From Candidatus Latescibacterota bacterium (GTDB taxonomy: Bacteria; Krumholzibacteriota; Krumholzibacteriia; WVZY01; JAKEHA01), in assembly GCA_963707635.1 (NCBI GenBank), contig OY970173.1, positions 2,560,001 through 2,624,000 of the forward strand: a DNA stretch of 64,000 nt, in the 5' to 3' direction. Below, piece by piece: positions 24,431 through 33,277 of this stretch (position 1 is the stretch's first letter; each line of letters starts with the position of its first letter). The translations under genes were made by a program, and so were the position numbers. Under the pieces are notes generated by a model. The model searched no databases. It was not told the DNA's origin and saw nothing but the letters and a program-made list of their open reading frames with translations.

Positions 24431-24972
24431 CTCCGCACCTCTTCAAGCAGAGTCGATACGTCGAGCGCGGCAGCCCAGCGGACCAAGTACGGCCAGTCCA
24501 GGTCGAACACGGTCGTCACGAGCGACCGGACATCGCGAAGCTGGAGCTCAGAGCCCGATGCCTTGCACCATGACAGCTTGGAGAGGACGAGGTCTTCCGG
24601 CGAGACGACAGATATCGAGGAGCCCGCGATGTCCACTGTTCTTCGACGACTGAACTCGAGCCGGCGATACTCATCGTCTTTGCGGACGATGAAATCGGCT
24701 TTGACGATCCACTCGTTGTGGACAATGTTGAATATCGACTGGTGAATCACCGCGTCCCGTATCTCATCTTCATCCACGTAGCAATCGCCTTCGAACAGCT
24801 TGACGATCCGCGCGGCGTCTTCCGGCCCGCATTCGACGACCAGATCGATGTCACGTGTCATTCTGGGCATCGCGTAGACCGCCAGCGCCATGGAACCGGT
24901 CATCATGTAGGAGATGCCGGCGGACTGTAGTCTCGACCCGATCAACTTCGCAAAGCGAATCTGATCATCCAT
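24427..24972 (-). CDS. Pol-beta-superfamily nucleotidyltransferase (AbiEii/DUF6036-like)
   Basis: TGS.A...Y..PRMTRDIDLVV (GS...DxD) and SPEDLVLSKL motifs. Confidence 0.8.
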   Translation of the reverse strand: MDDQIRFAKLIGSRLQSAGISYMMTGSMALAVYAMPRMTRDIDLVVECGPEDAARIVKLFEGDCYVDEDEIRDAVIHQSIFNIVHNEWIVKADFIVRKDDEYRRLEFSRRRTVDIAGSSISVVSPEDLVLSKLSWCKASGSELQLRDVRSLVTTVFDLDWPYLVRWAAALDVSTLLEEVRR

Positions 24973-25082
24973 CCGGACATACTATCACGATGATGGCCGA
25001 TCGGTCCGCGGGGTCGAACTTCACTGGGAACACGCTCTGGGCGCTCGCGTTCGGGGCGCCCCTTTCCTATCGTCTTTCGAGC

Positions 25083-25110
25083 TTGACTTCGTTTCAAGAT
25101 ACGATATTAT
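25083..25110 (+). promoter_or_regulatory. Sigma-70 promoter of tRNA-fMet
   Basis: TTGACT-N16-TATTAT, 16 nt before the tRNA. Confidence 0.6.
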
Positions 25111-25126
25111 CCGGACTCAGCATTGT

Positions 25127-25203
<77 letters not shown>

Positions 25204-25207
25204 ACCT

Positions 25208-25250
25208 AAAAGATTCCCGGTGCCGAGGCAGCTCGGCGCCGGGAATTTTC
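25208..25250 (+). terminator. Intrinsic terminator after the tRNA
   Basis: ATTCCCGGTGCCGAG-GCAG-CTCGGCGCCGGGAAT followed by T residues. Confidence 0.75.
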
Positions 25251-25289
25251 GTATGTGGCAGCGTGACGATTGCCCGTCTGCGATCCGCA

Positions 25290-25411
25290 ATCATGAGGTC
25301 GACTGGGATGGGACGAATGATCGCGGGGAACGAGTGCCGTCGGGGATTTACTTCTGCAAGGTCGCGACGGCGGCGGGCGTTGTTGTCGGACGACTGGTGT
25401 TGATACGGTAG
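25290..25411 (+). pseudogene. Remnant 3' half of a FlgD-Ig CTD
   Basis: EVDWDGTNDRGERVPSGIYFCKV...RLVLIR* with no PNPFN half, signal peptide or credible start. Confidence 0.7.
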
Positions 25412-25489
25412 GGCCGGGAGCAAGATGCTGACAGCCCACAAGAGATGTCATTGTAGATCGTGCCTGGCTTGATCACACCGGGCCAGCGT

Positions 25490-27208
25490 CTACTTTAGCA
25501 GCACCATCTTTTTCGTCTGCACGAACGCGCCTGCCTTCATACGGTAGAAGTAAACGCCGCTCGCCACGGGACGTCCGGATTGATCCCTTCCGTCCCAAGT
25601 GGCCTCGAATGACCCTTCCGGCTCCGTGCCGCTCGTGAGCACGCGAACCAGTCTTCCGTCGACGCCGAACACGGCGAGCTGGACATCGGACCGTTCCATC
25701 AACGTGTAGCGAATCGTCGTCGTCGGGTTGAAGGGGTTCGGATAGTTTTGTTCGAGGCCAAAGCTTCGCGGCGCCGAGTCACCCACGCCGGTCGGCGACA
25801 TCCGCGTGATCACGAACGCCAGGTCAATGCTTTGTCCTCCGTTCGGGAGACCAATCGGCCACGTCAGCTCCTGCCACGGCAGGGGCGGTGGTACGAGCCT
25901 GCTGGGGGCCCAAACCGCATCGTCCTGGAAATGGATCCCCGTGTAGGGTGCTGGATACGCGCTCAGGTCTGCCGTCTTCCAGCCGACAAGCCCGTCCGCC
26001 GCCATCGACACATCGAGCCAATAGATGTGGCCCTCCTCCTGGATGAACGGTTGCGCGATCGAATCGATATCACACCGAAACATCGCAATGTGGTTTGCCG
26101 GCACGTATCCCTGACTCGGATCGTACCAAGACTGACCACCCGTGTCGTACCCCACGAATTTCACTTTGGGGTCAAGCGCCGGAATGTCCCGCTCCCACAG
26201 CAGAGCGCCCGGATGACTGTACGGATTGGTGGCGTCGGCCGGAACGTCGTCGTGGATGCTCAAGTGCACGTTGTGGATCTGTTGCTTAAGCGGTTGGCCT
26301 GGAAAGGTCCAGTCACCGAACGGGGAAAACCAGAAGTGAATGCCATCGACGGGGCCTGACTCCGAGCACCTCCAATCGTCCGCCGCCACGCGTGGTTCCG
26401 AGAAGTTGACGTCCGCACCGGTCGGATCCGGGCTCTGCTGAAAGTGCATCTTGTGATCGAATACCGTCACGGCCCCATTGATGACAAAAGCCATGTCCAT
26501 TCCCTGCCCCTCGTTGGGGCCGAGGGGATAGTTGAGGGGACAAGCAACCCCCGAGCAATAGGACACCGCGCGATCCTGATAGTAGTGACCGGTGGACGGG
26601 CTGGGGTACTGACTGCGTTCGGACGAAACCCAACCAACCTGCCCTGCGGTGAATATCCAGATCGCCAACCAGTAGACCGTGTCTTTCTTTTGATAGAAGG
26701 GATCAGGAATCCCGGTGACGTTGCACTCGAAGATCTTCTGGCTGTCGTTGGGGACCACATTCGTAGGATCCGTGGAATACCAGGTCTGATTTCCAGTGGC
26801 GTACTGGCGGATCTGAACGTGCGTGGGATCGACGAAGTACCCCCTCCACAGCGGTTGGCCTGGTCGGCTGAACGGGATCCCCCCCGAACCCGCCGGAAGA
26901 TCGGCATTGATTTGCAACACGACAGAATAGAATTGACCCGGGAATATCGGTTGACCCAGGTCGAACCAGTCGCCACGTGCCGAAAACAAGAAATGGATGT
27001 CATTGACCGGGCAGGTTTCGCTCGCACGCCAATCGTCTGCCTTCGAGTACGGGTAGGTGATTTCCACGCTGAAACCATTCGACTCCGGCAGCTGGGGGAA
27101 ATGCATCTTGTGGGCGCCGCCCGGGCTCCAGTCGGCGTTTGCCATGCTGGCGTTGAGAATGAGCAATTCCAGGACGGCACTGAATGTGGTCGCAATGCGA
27201 TGATTCAT
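25490..27208 (-). CDS. Secreted protein with two tandem HKMHF..ADDW domains + FlgD-Ig CTD
   Basis: Internal duplication HKMHFPQLP...ADDWR...IHFLFS and HKMHFQQSP...ADDWR...IHFWFS; QNYPNPFNP CTD. Confidence 0.8.
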   Translation of the reverse strand: MNHRIATTFSAVLELLILNASMANADWSPGGAHKMHFPQLPESNGFSVEITYPYSKADDWRASETCPVNDIHFLFSARGDWFDLGQPIFPGQFYSVVLQINADLPAGSGGIPFSRPGQPLWRGYFVDPTHVQIRQYATGNQTWYSTDPTNVVPNDSQKIFECNVTGIPDPFYQKKDTVYWLAIWIFTAGQVGWVSSERSQYPSPSTGHYYQDRAVSYCSGVACPLNYPLGPNEGQGMDMAFVINGAVTVFDHKMHFQQSPDPTGADVNFSEPRVAADDWRCSESGPVDGIHFWFSPFGDWTFPGQPLKQQIHNVHLSIHDDVPADATNPYSHPGALLWERDIPALDPKVKFVGYDTGGQSWYDPSQGYVPANHIAMFRCDIDSIAQPFIQEEGHIYWLDVSMAADGLVGWKTADLSAYPAPYTGIHFQDDAVWAPSRLVPPPLPWQELTWPIGLPNGGQSIDLAFVITRMSPTGVGDSAPRSFGLEQNYPNPFNPTTTIRYTLMERSDVQLAVFGVDGRLVRVLTSGTEPEGSFEATWDGRDQSGRPVASGVYFYRMKAGAFVQTKKMVLLK

Positions 27209-27381
27209 GATGGCTCCTTGCGGCGGCGGACACCCGGCGCCTCTCTATCCCTTCTCTACTTCAAATGCCGGAGGGCGCAGAGGCGAACGGGTTTTTCCGA
27301 AGAAAGTTGGACGGCTACTTTGGTAGAGCTGTAGCCGGGCAGGCTGGACTGAACCTTACGGCCGGGCCGGTCAAGATGAGA

Positions 27382-27804
27382 TCAAGCTTGGTCGAGGGCG
27401 TTGACTATCGAACCTTCATCAAAGGTGAATGCCCACGCGGTGGTGACGAGTTCTTCGGGGGATTCGTATGACGGATCGATCTTGACGGCAGCAACCTTGT
27501 TGCAACAGGCCCTGCTCTTGGCAATCTCGAAGTTGATCCAGTTGCGGTGCCCAATGAGCGCGCGCTTCGGGTGGGGAGTGTCGGCGTACTTTCCGACAAT
27601 CACCAGCGTGTGGGTGGCCTCGTTGATTCTCGCCGTCAGCTGCGCCTTGGTCCGCTCGATGTTCTGCGTGTCAGTCTCTCTGGACGCCTGATCCGCGAAA
27701 ACAAACTCGTACTTGGGGTTGGCAACCCACGCCTCCAGCAGAGACTTGTATTCGCGGTCGTTCTCGTAATCAAAGATAACGAAGACCTTGCGCCTGTCGA
27801 TCAT
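27382..27804 (-). CDS. TIR-like protein (MTH538/Thoeris ThsB-like)
   Basis: KVFVIFDYEND, TLVIVGK, WINFEI with the putative catalytic Glu. Confidence 0.8.
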   Translation of the reverse strand: MIDRRKVFVIFDYENDREYKSLLEAWVANPKYEFVFADQASRETDTQNIERTKAQLTARINEATHTLVIVGKYADTPHPKRALIGHRNWINFEIAKSRACCNKVAAVKIDPSYESPEELVTTAWAFTFDEGSIVNALDQA

Positions 27805-27906
27805 GATTGCCTCTCGCGGTTTTCGGTTCCAGGAGGCGCAAGTCTAGCCGTGCAGACGAGCGCGGTCCCGCAAAACGTCCCGTTTTTGCCCATCGGATCC
27901 GCGCCG

Positions 27907-28185
27907 CTACGGCTTGTGTTGACGAAGGATCTCTTCGATTTCCTGCACCGAGAAAGCGCAGAGCTCAACTACCTTGGCCTGGGACCGGAATACCGGTGGC
28001 ACAATGGCACGGGCTTCTTGCTTGCTGTCGACGTCCACGACCATCCAGGCCTTATGTTCCCCGTCCTTGCATCCCCAGTCTGCGTTGGTAAGGAAATGGG
28101 AGCCGGACTTGAGAAAGACGTCGACGGCCCGAGCACACGGCACCGTTGCCGCTTCGTGTGGGACCTCAATTAGGAACCTTGCCAT
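27907..28185 (-). CDS. Small uncharacterised protein, probably ferredoxin-like fold, with PH..C / WGCxDGxH motif
   Basis: AGGAGA RBS before ATG 28185; 92 aa with alternating alpha/beta pattern. Confidence 0.7.
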   Translation of the reverse strand: MARFLIEVPHEAATVPCARAVDVFLKSGSHFLTNADWGCKDGEHKAWMVVDVDSKQEARAIVPPVFRSQAKVVELCAFSVQEIEEILRQHKP

Positions 28186-28230
28186 CTTCTTGTATCTCCT
28201 TCTGAACAAAAGGCGCCGCGAGACCAGCAG

Positions 28231-28259
28231 ATTCTACGGTTCCAATTTGGGAATGTAAA
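28231..28259 (-). promoter_or_regulatory. Sigma-70 promoter of the small-protein/TIR pair
   Basis: TTTACA-N17-TAGAAT on the minus strand. Confidence 0.65.
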
Positions 28260-28295
28260 GACTCCCGGAAAGCGGAAGCGGCATCAGCGCGGCCG

Positions 28296-30245
28296 TTAGT
28301 TCTTCTTCCTCAAGAGCGACCGCAGTACGCCGCCGCGTCCGCCCTTGCCTGTCTGCTCCACGACGAAATCCCTGAACGAGGTCGAGCACAAGGCCGCGCC
28401 CTTGTCCGACTCGACGACATAGCCCCGGCGGACCAGATCCTCTTTGATGTACGCGAACTTCGCACTGATCGCCTTGCCGCCGGCCAGGCCGCCGAGGCTC
28501 TCCCGGGCGGGTTCGTCGAAGTGGTCCCAGATGGACCGGTAGTGCGGTCTCGCCTCCTCCATGAACACGTCGCGCACGTGCCGCCAGTCCAGCTCCCCGG
28601 CGGGATTGGTCATGAGTGCTTCGAAGGCCGCGGAGCACGCGATCTGCAAGAACATCGGGAAATACCCGGCGATCTCGATGATCCCCTCGGCGTGGCGCTC
28701 GAGGGGCACGCCCTCCTGCGCCGACGGCGTCACGATCAGCTCGAGCGCTTCCTCTCTGGAGAAGGGCCGGAGGATGAGATTGGAGAAAATGTTGAAAAAC
28801 GGCGAGTCGGAAATGTCCTTGTTGTGACACATCTTCTGCAGGTCTTCGTGCGAAGACGTCACATAGGCAACGCGATACGAGTTCGCCAACGCCCTCAAGA
28901 GCGAAAAGAACTGCCCTTCGAACCGCGGGTTCCGGGTGATCACCTCGAACTCGTCCATCAGGATGACGATCCGCTTCCCCTCGTCGTGGAGCTGCTGGAT
29001 GACGTTCTTGAGCTCGTCGAGCGTCCTCTCTCTCTTGGTATAGTCCCGCTCGGATTTGCTTTCGTAGCTGAACATGTTGAACACGAAATCGATGAATCGC
29101 GGCACGTCGAACTCGAGATCCTGCTGGAAGTCCAGGTACACGAAGATGGCCTCTTCGTGGTTAGTCATGTACTGCTTCCGGTTTCTCACCCGGTAGATGT
29201 GGTAGAGCAGGGATGACTTGCCGATTCGGCGGTCGCCGACGATCGAGATAGACTGCGGACGCGGCGCATCCAGACGCGAGTAGATGCGCCGGACCTCGCG
29301 TTCCCGGCCGAAGAACTCGTTCGGGTTTGCGATCATGACGCGGTTCAGATACGGATTGCGCTTGCTGCTTCGATCCGCGTACGCGCTGAGGCCGGAGAAC
29401 TTGGCCGAGGTCTCGCTGGTCTTGCCCTTGCTGGCTTCCGCCAGCACCTTGATGTCCGCCATCAGCTCGCCGAAGTCCCGGTAGCGATTGCGCGGGTCCT
29501 TCTCCAGGCATCGCAGACCCACGTTCTTGAACTGCTCCGGAACCCCTTCGGCAAACGCGATCTCTTTCTCGTTCAGGATGAGATAGATGAGCGCGGCGGG
29601 AAACTCGGCCTCGAACGGAAAGAAGCCATTCACCATGCGGTGAAAACAAACCCCGAATGCGAAGATGTCGACCCGGCCGTCGGTGTGCTCGTTCCGGATC
29701 TGCTCGGGCGCCATATAATGAGGCGTGCCGGCCGCGGTCATGCCCGTCGTCGTCTGGTCCTCGGCGCGAATCATCTTGGCCATGCCGAAGTCCAGCACCT
29801 TCACCTGCTGTTCACCCTCCGCTTCGTTGATCATGATGTTCCGAAGCGTCAGATCGCGATGGATCACCCCATGGTCGTGCGCGTACTTGAGCGCGCTGCA
29901 CGTCTGCATGGCGATCGTGCACACCTGAGGCAGCGTCAGGGGCGACGCCTTGACCAGTTCCAGGAGGGTGGGGCCGTTGACGAGCTCCATCACCATGTAG
30001 GGCTTCCCGTCGTCCTCGGCCGAATCGAAGACGGTGGCGATGTTGGCGTGGCTGAGTTTGGCCATTGCCTTCGCTTCGCGCAGGAACCGCACCTTGATCT
30101 CCGGTATCCCGCCGTCGTCCTCCAGGACCTTGATCGCGACGGGTCTCTCCAGGCTCACGTCGAACCCGTTGTAGACGATGGCGAATCCGCCCTTGCCGAT
30201 CCGCTTCCGGACGTCGTACTTGCCCTGGAGGAGCTTGCCGATCAT
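28296..30245 (-). CDS. Hanks-type protein kinase fused to a STAND-like P-loop ATPase
   Basis: GKGGFAIV, VAIK, HRDLTLRN, DFG, GTPHYMAPE; then NPY...FFGRE, GDRRIGKSS, ILMDEFE. Confidence 0.9.
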   Translation of the reverse strand: MIGKLLQGKYDVRKRIGKGGFAIVYNGFDVSLERPVAIKVLEDDGGIPEIKVRFLREAKAMAKLSHANIATVFDSAEDDGKPYMVMELVNGPTLLELVKASPLTLPQVCTIAMQTCSALKYAHDHGVIHRDLTLRNIMINEAEGEQQVKVLDFGMAKMIRAEDQTTTGMTAAGTPHYMAPEQIRNEHTDGRVDIFAFGVCFHRMVNGFFPFEAEFPAALIYLILNEKEIAFAEGVPEQFKNVGLRCLEKDPRNRYRDFGELMADIKVLAEASKGKTSETSAKFSGLSAYADRSSKRNPYLNRVMIANPNEFFGREREVRRIYSRLDAPRPQSISIVGDRRIGKSSLLYHIYRVRNRKQYMTNHEEAIFVYLDFQQDLEFDVPRFIDFVFNMFSYESKSERDYTKRERTLDELKNVIQQLHDEGKRIVILMDEFEVITRNPRFEGQFFSLLRALANSYRVAYVTSSHEDLQKMCHNKDISDSPFFNIFSNLILRPFSREEALELIVTPSAQEGVPLERHAEGIIEIAGYFPMFLQIACSAAFEALMTNPAGELDWRHVRDVFMEEARPHYRSIWDHFDEPARESLGGLAGGKAISAKFAYIKEDLVRRGYVVESDKGAALCSTSFRDFVVEQTGKGGRGGVLRSLLRKKN

Positions 30246-32455
30246 TGCGACTGTTTCACCGCCCTCATATCGATCGTCTTTTCGGTGGTCTCGTTCGAGA
30301 TGATATCAATTACCGCGGTGTAGGTGTCAAAGTTAGGATTGCGCAACTCGATCTGGTACCGGCCGGGATCCAGACTGGTCTGGTATCGCGACTGTTCGCG
30401 CGATTGCAGCTCGCCGTTGATGTGGACGTCGGCGTAGGGCAGGATCTTGAGAATCAGCGTCCCCGGCGGCAGCTTGGTGAGCGTCTCGTGGACGGTATGG
30501 TTCGCGCTCTCGAGGGTGAGGGTGTTCTCGACCGGGTGATATCCCGCCAGCTTGAGCGCGATCGCGTGTTGCCCGTAGCTGAGAAACACCACCGCCGGCG
30601 TCTTTCCCTCCACGGTTCCGTCGACCAGGATCTGCGCGCCGTTGGGCTCGGTCTCGAACGTCACCTGGCAGTTCAGCTTCGAAAACGCGTGCGTGAATGC
30701 GAGCGTGGTGTCCTCCTGCACGCGAACCGCCGGCCACTCGTAGGCGGCATATTCGGGCAGCCGGAGGCCGACCCGGTGGAAGCCACCGGCGGGAAGCGCC
30801 TTCAGCGTGTCGGGGGTCTGCCGCCCGGTCTTCTGTCCATCCAGATAGATGTCGGCGCCGCCCGGCGACGAACCCACGACGAGGTTTCCGATCCGCTGCA
30901 CCAGAGCAAACGACACCTCCAGGGGTTCGTCCTTCTTGAGATTCAACGTGTCGGTGTGCTCCTTGTATCCATCGCGTTCGAGCCGCAGCACGGTCGGCCC
31001 CACCGCCGCCATCACGTTCTCCACCGGCGAGCGGTCGATGCGCCTCTCGTTCAGGAAGACCCACGCGCCCGGCGGCTCGGTTCGAATCGTCACGCGGGTG
31101 GAATCCACCTGGACCGCGAACGCGGCGCGCTCATTCTTGTCGATGTTCCGGGAGATCAGCACAAACGCCGCGGCAAGCACGACCACGACCGCGGGGACGA
31201 TGACCCCCAGCCTCGCCAGGCGCGGGCGGGACTTGGTCAGGCCTTCGCCGAGCCCCCCCTCGCTGGCCGCGACTTCGTCGACGACCTGCCAGATCGAGTG
31301 CATGCGCCCGATCCACTGGCGCCACAGGTCCATCTTGAACGTGTACGCGGACCCGGAATCGTCCTTGTCCAGGAGGTCGTGGTGGAACAGCTTCTCCAGG
31401 ACCTCCTGCAGCTTGTTGAGATCGACGTCGAACCCGATCTTCTCGCGGCTCGCGAACGCGACCACGTCCTTGGCCGACACCGCCTTGATTTCCTGCCGGC
31501 TGATCTCGCCGATGATCGACAACGCGATCTTTTCCATGTTCGGCATCGAGTTCCAGCTGAAGATCATCTGCGGCAGCGGATTCTCGACGATCTCATCCGT
31601 GACCTGTTGCAGGTCCTGCGCGGTCACGTCGTATTCGCGCCGCTCGTTGAGGTGATCCACGAGGACCTGGCAGTAGACCTGGGTGTAGAACGCCTGGCCG
31701 GCGGTGAGCGTGTAGATCTGCTCGGGCACACCTTCCTCGTAGCGAACGACGTTCTCGACCGGCTCCCGTATCAATCGCAGCGTGTCTCGCTTGCTGAGAT
31801 AGCTCACCCCGCGATAAAGAGCCTTGGTGAGAAAGCCCGACCAGTAGGGCGCGGTGCGTTCGTCCAGCCGGTCGGAGCCGGTGAAGATGACGAACGCCCC
31901 CTCCTGGTATTCGATCCAGTTGGCGAGCAGGTTGAGGACCGCCGTGCTGATCAGTTTCTTTTCGATGTGCGACTCGAAGATTTCGTACTCATCGAAGAGC
32001 AGAACCAGTTTCTTGCCCTTGAGTCGCTCGTTGATGCGGACGATGAACATCGCGAACTTGGCGAAGGAGCTTTCCGCCGGCTGCGCCAGGAAATGCTTCT
32101 CCAGCGAGATCTCCGGGTCGCCGATGGCGTCGACGATGCCCTGGCCGACCTTGATCAGGAAATCGAGGTCGTTCTCCACGGCCATGGCCTGCATGTCGAT
32201 CAGGACGGGGAAAAAGTCGGGGCCGAGACGGCCCTGCAGCACCTGGAAGAGGATCGACGTCTTGCCGCTGCGGCGGCTCCCGCACAGCACCAGCAGGCCG
32301 CCCTTTTCCGCTCCTCCGACCTTCTTCTGGATGTAGGCAAAATCATCCTCGCGACCGAAGAACATCTTCCGGTCCTTGATCGGGTTGCCCACGATGTAGG
32401 GATTGTGAATCGGCTGGAACACGGCCTGATCGGAACTACCCATGGTGTCTTTCAT
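30242..32455 (-). CDS. STAND-like ATPase + TM helix + PEGA repeats
   Basis: NPYIVGNPI...FFGRE, GSRRSGKTS, LLFDEYE; TM VIVPAVVVVLAAAFVLI; PEGA repeats (TEPPGA, SSPGGA, TEPNGA). Confidence 0.88.
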   Translation of the reverse strand: MKDTMGSSDQAVFQPIHNPYIVGNPIKDRKMFFGREDDFAYIQKKVGGAEKGGLLVLCGSRRSGKTSILFQVLQGRLGPDFFPVLIDMQAMAVENDLDFLIKVGQGIVDAIGDPEISLEKHFLAQPAESSFAKFAMFIVRINERLKGKKLVLLFDEYEIFESHIEKKLISTAVLNLLANWIEYQEGAFVIFTGSDRLDERTAPYWSGFLTKALYRGVSYLSKRDTLRLIREPVENVVRYEEGVPEQIYTLTAGQAFYTQVYCQVLVDHLNERREYDVTAQDLQQVTDEIVENPLPQMIFSWNSMPNMEKIALSIIGEISRQEIKAVSAKDVVAFASREKIGFDVDLNKLQEVLEKLFHHDLLDKDDSGSAYTFKMDLWRQWIGRMHSIWQVVDEVAASEGGLGEGLTKSRPRLARLGVIVPAVVVVLAAAFVLISRNIDKNERAAFAVQVDSTRVTIRTEPPGAWVFLNERRIDRSPVENVMAAVGPTVLRLERDGYKEHTDTLNLKKDEPLEVSFALVQRIGNLVVGSSPGGADIYLDGQKTGRQTPDTLKALPAGGFHRVGLRLPEYAAYEWPAVRVQEDTTLAFTHAFSKLNCQVTFETEPNGAQILVDGTVEGKTPAVVFLSYGQHAIALKLAGYHPVENTLTLESANHTVHETLTKLPPGTLILKILPYADVHINGELQSREQSRYQTSLDPGRYQIELRNPNFDTYTAVIDIISNETTEKTIDMRAVKQSQ

Positions 32456-32500
32456 CGCTCAACCGGAGTACTACCGCGCCGGCGGAGGCGACGCAAGCGG

Positions 32501-33253
32501 TCAATTGGACGGCGGGGGGGGAGGCGCGGCCAGGGGTTGCGGCTCGGGCGGGGTTCCCTCGTCGCCCCCGCTGACTCCGACGGCCACCGCCACCGCCGTG
32601 ACCGCCGCACCACCGATCCAGGCGGGCCACCACCACCACGCCCGGTCCCGGTCCAGCGAGAGGCCGCTCAAGTCCCGCGTGAGTTCCGGCTGGATCTCGA
32701 TTCGCGAGACGTAGTCCTTGTACCCGGATTTCGTAACCGTGAGGTCATACTCGCCCACTCGAACCAGGCTGAGAATGAGCGGCGTGTCGCCCACATGCGT
32801 GCCATTCAAGTAAACCTTGCACTCCTTCGGCTGGCTGATGACGAACGAGCCGAACATCTCCTTGCGCAATTGATTGTAGACGTCGTTCACCCTGCCGGGG
32901 AATTCCAGCTCGTCCGCCGTCAAGTCGGGGAACTTTTCCAGCGCGGCGCGCCCCGCCTCCCGCGCACCCTCCTCGTCGTCGTTCTGAACGTAGACGGTGA
33001 GGAGGTGGTTGTAGGCCCGGCGAAGGACCTCATCGGAGTTTACGTAGCTCGCGATGACTTCACTCAACATCGCGACCGCCTGATCGTACTTTCCGTCCAG
33101 ACGCAGCGCGACGATCTGCTCGAATGTGGACTGCACCGCTGCAGCCGATTTCGGTGCAGCCGTTTCCTGACCGGCCGCCGGCGCAGGGAGAGCCTGTGCG
33201 CCCACTACGGCAACGCACAGGCACCCCATGCACCGGAACCAGCCAATTCGCAT
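32501..33253 (-). CDS. Exported TPR-like + PEGA protein with C-terminal hydrophobic segment and Pro-rich tail
   Basis: Signal peptide, helical region, SQPKECKVYLNG..VGDTP PEGA, WWWWPAWIGGAAV. Confidence 0.8.
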   Translation of the reverse strand: MRIGWFRCMGCLCVAVVGAQALPAPAAGQETAAPKSAAAVQSTFEQIVALRLDGKYDQAVAMLSEVIASYVNSDEVLRRAYNHLLTVYVQNDDEEGAREAGRAALEKFPDLTADELEFPGRVNDVYNQLRKEMFGSFVISQPKECKVYLNGTHVGDTPLILSLVRVGEYDLTVTKSGYKDYVSRIEIQPELTRDLSGLSLDRDRAWWWWPAWIGGAAVTAVAVAVGVSGGDEGTPPEPQPLAAPPPPPSN

Positions 33254-33277
33254 ACTAAATGAGGACCTCCTCACGCG

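Noticed and set aside
32514..32521. G8 tract as a phase-variation site
   Set aside because: Encodes a poly-Pro tail a few codons before the stop, so slippage would have little effect.
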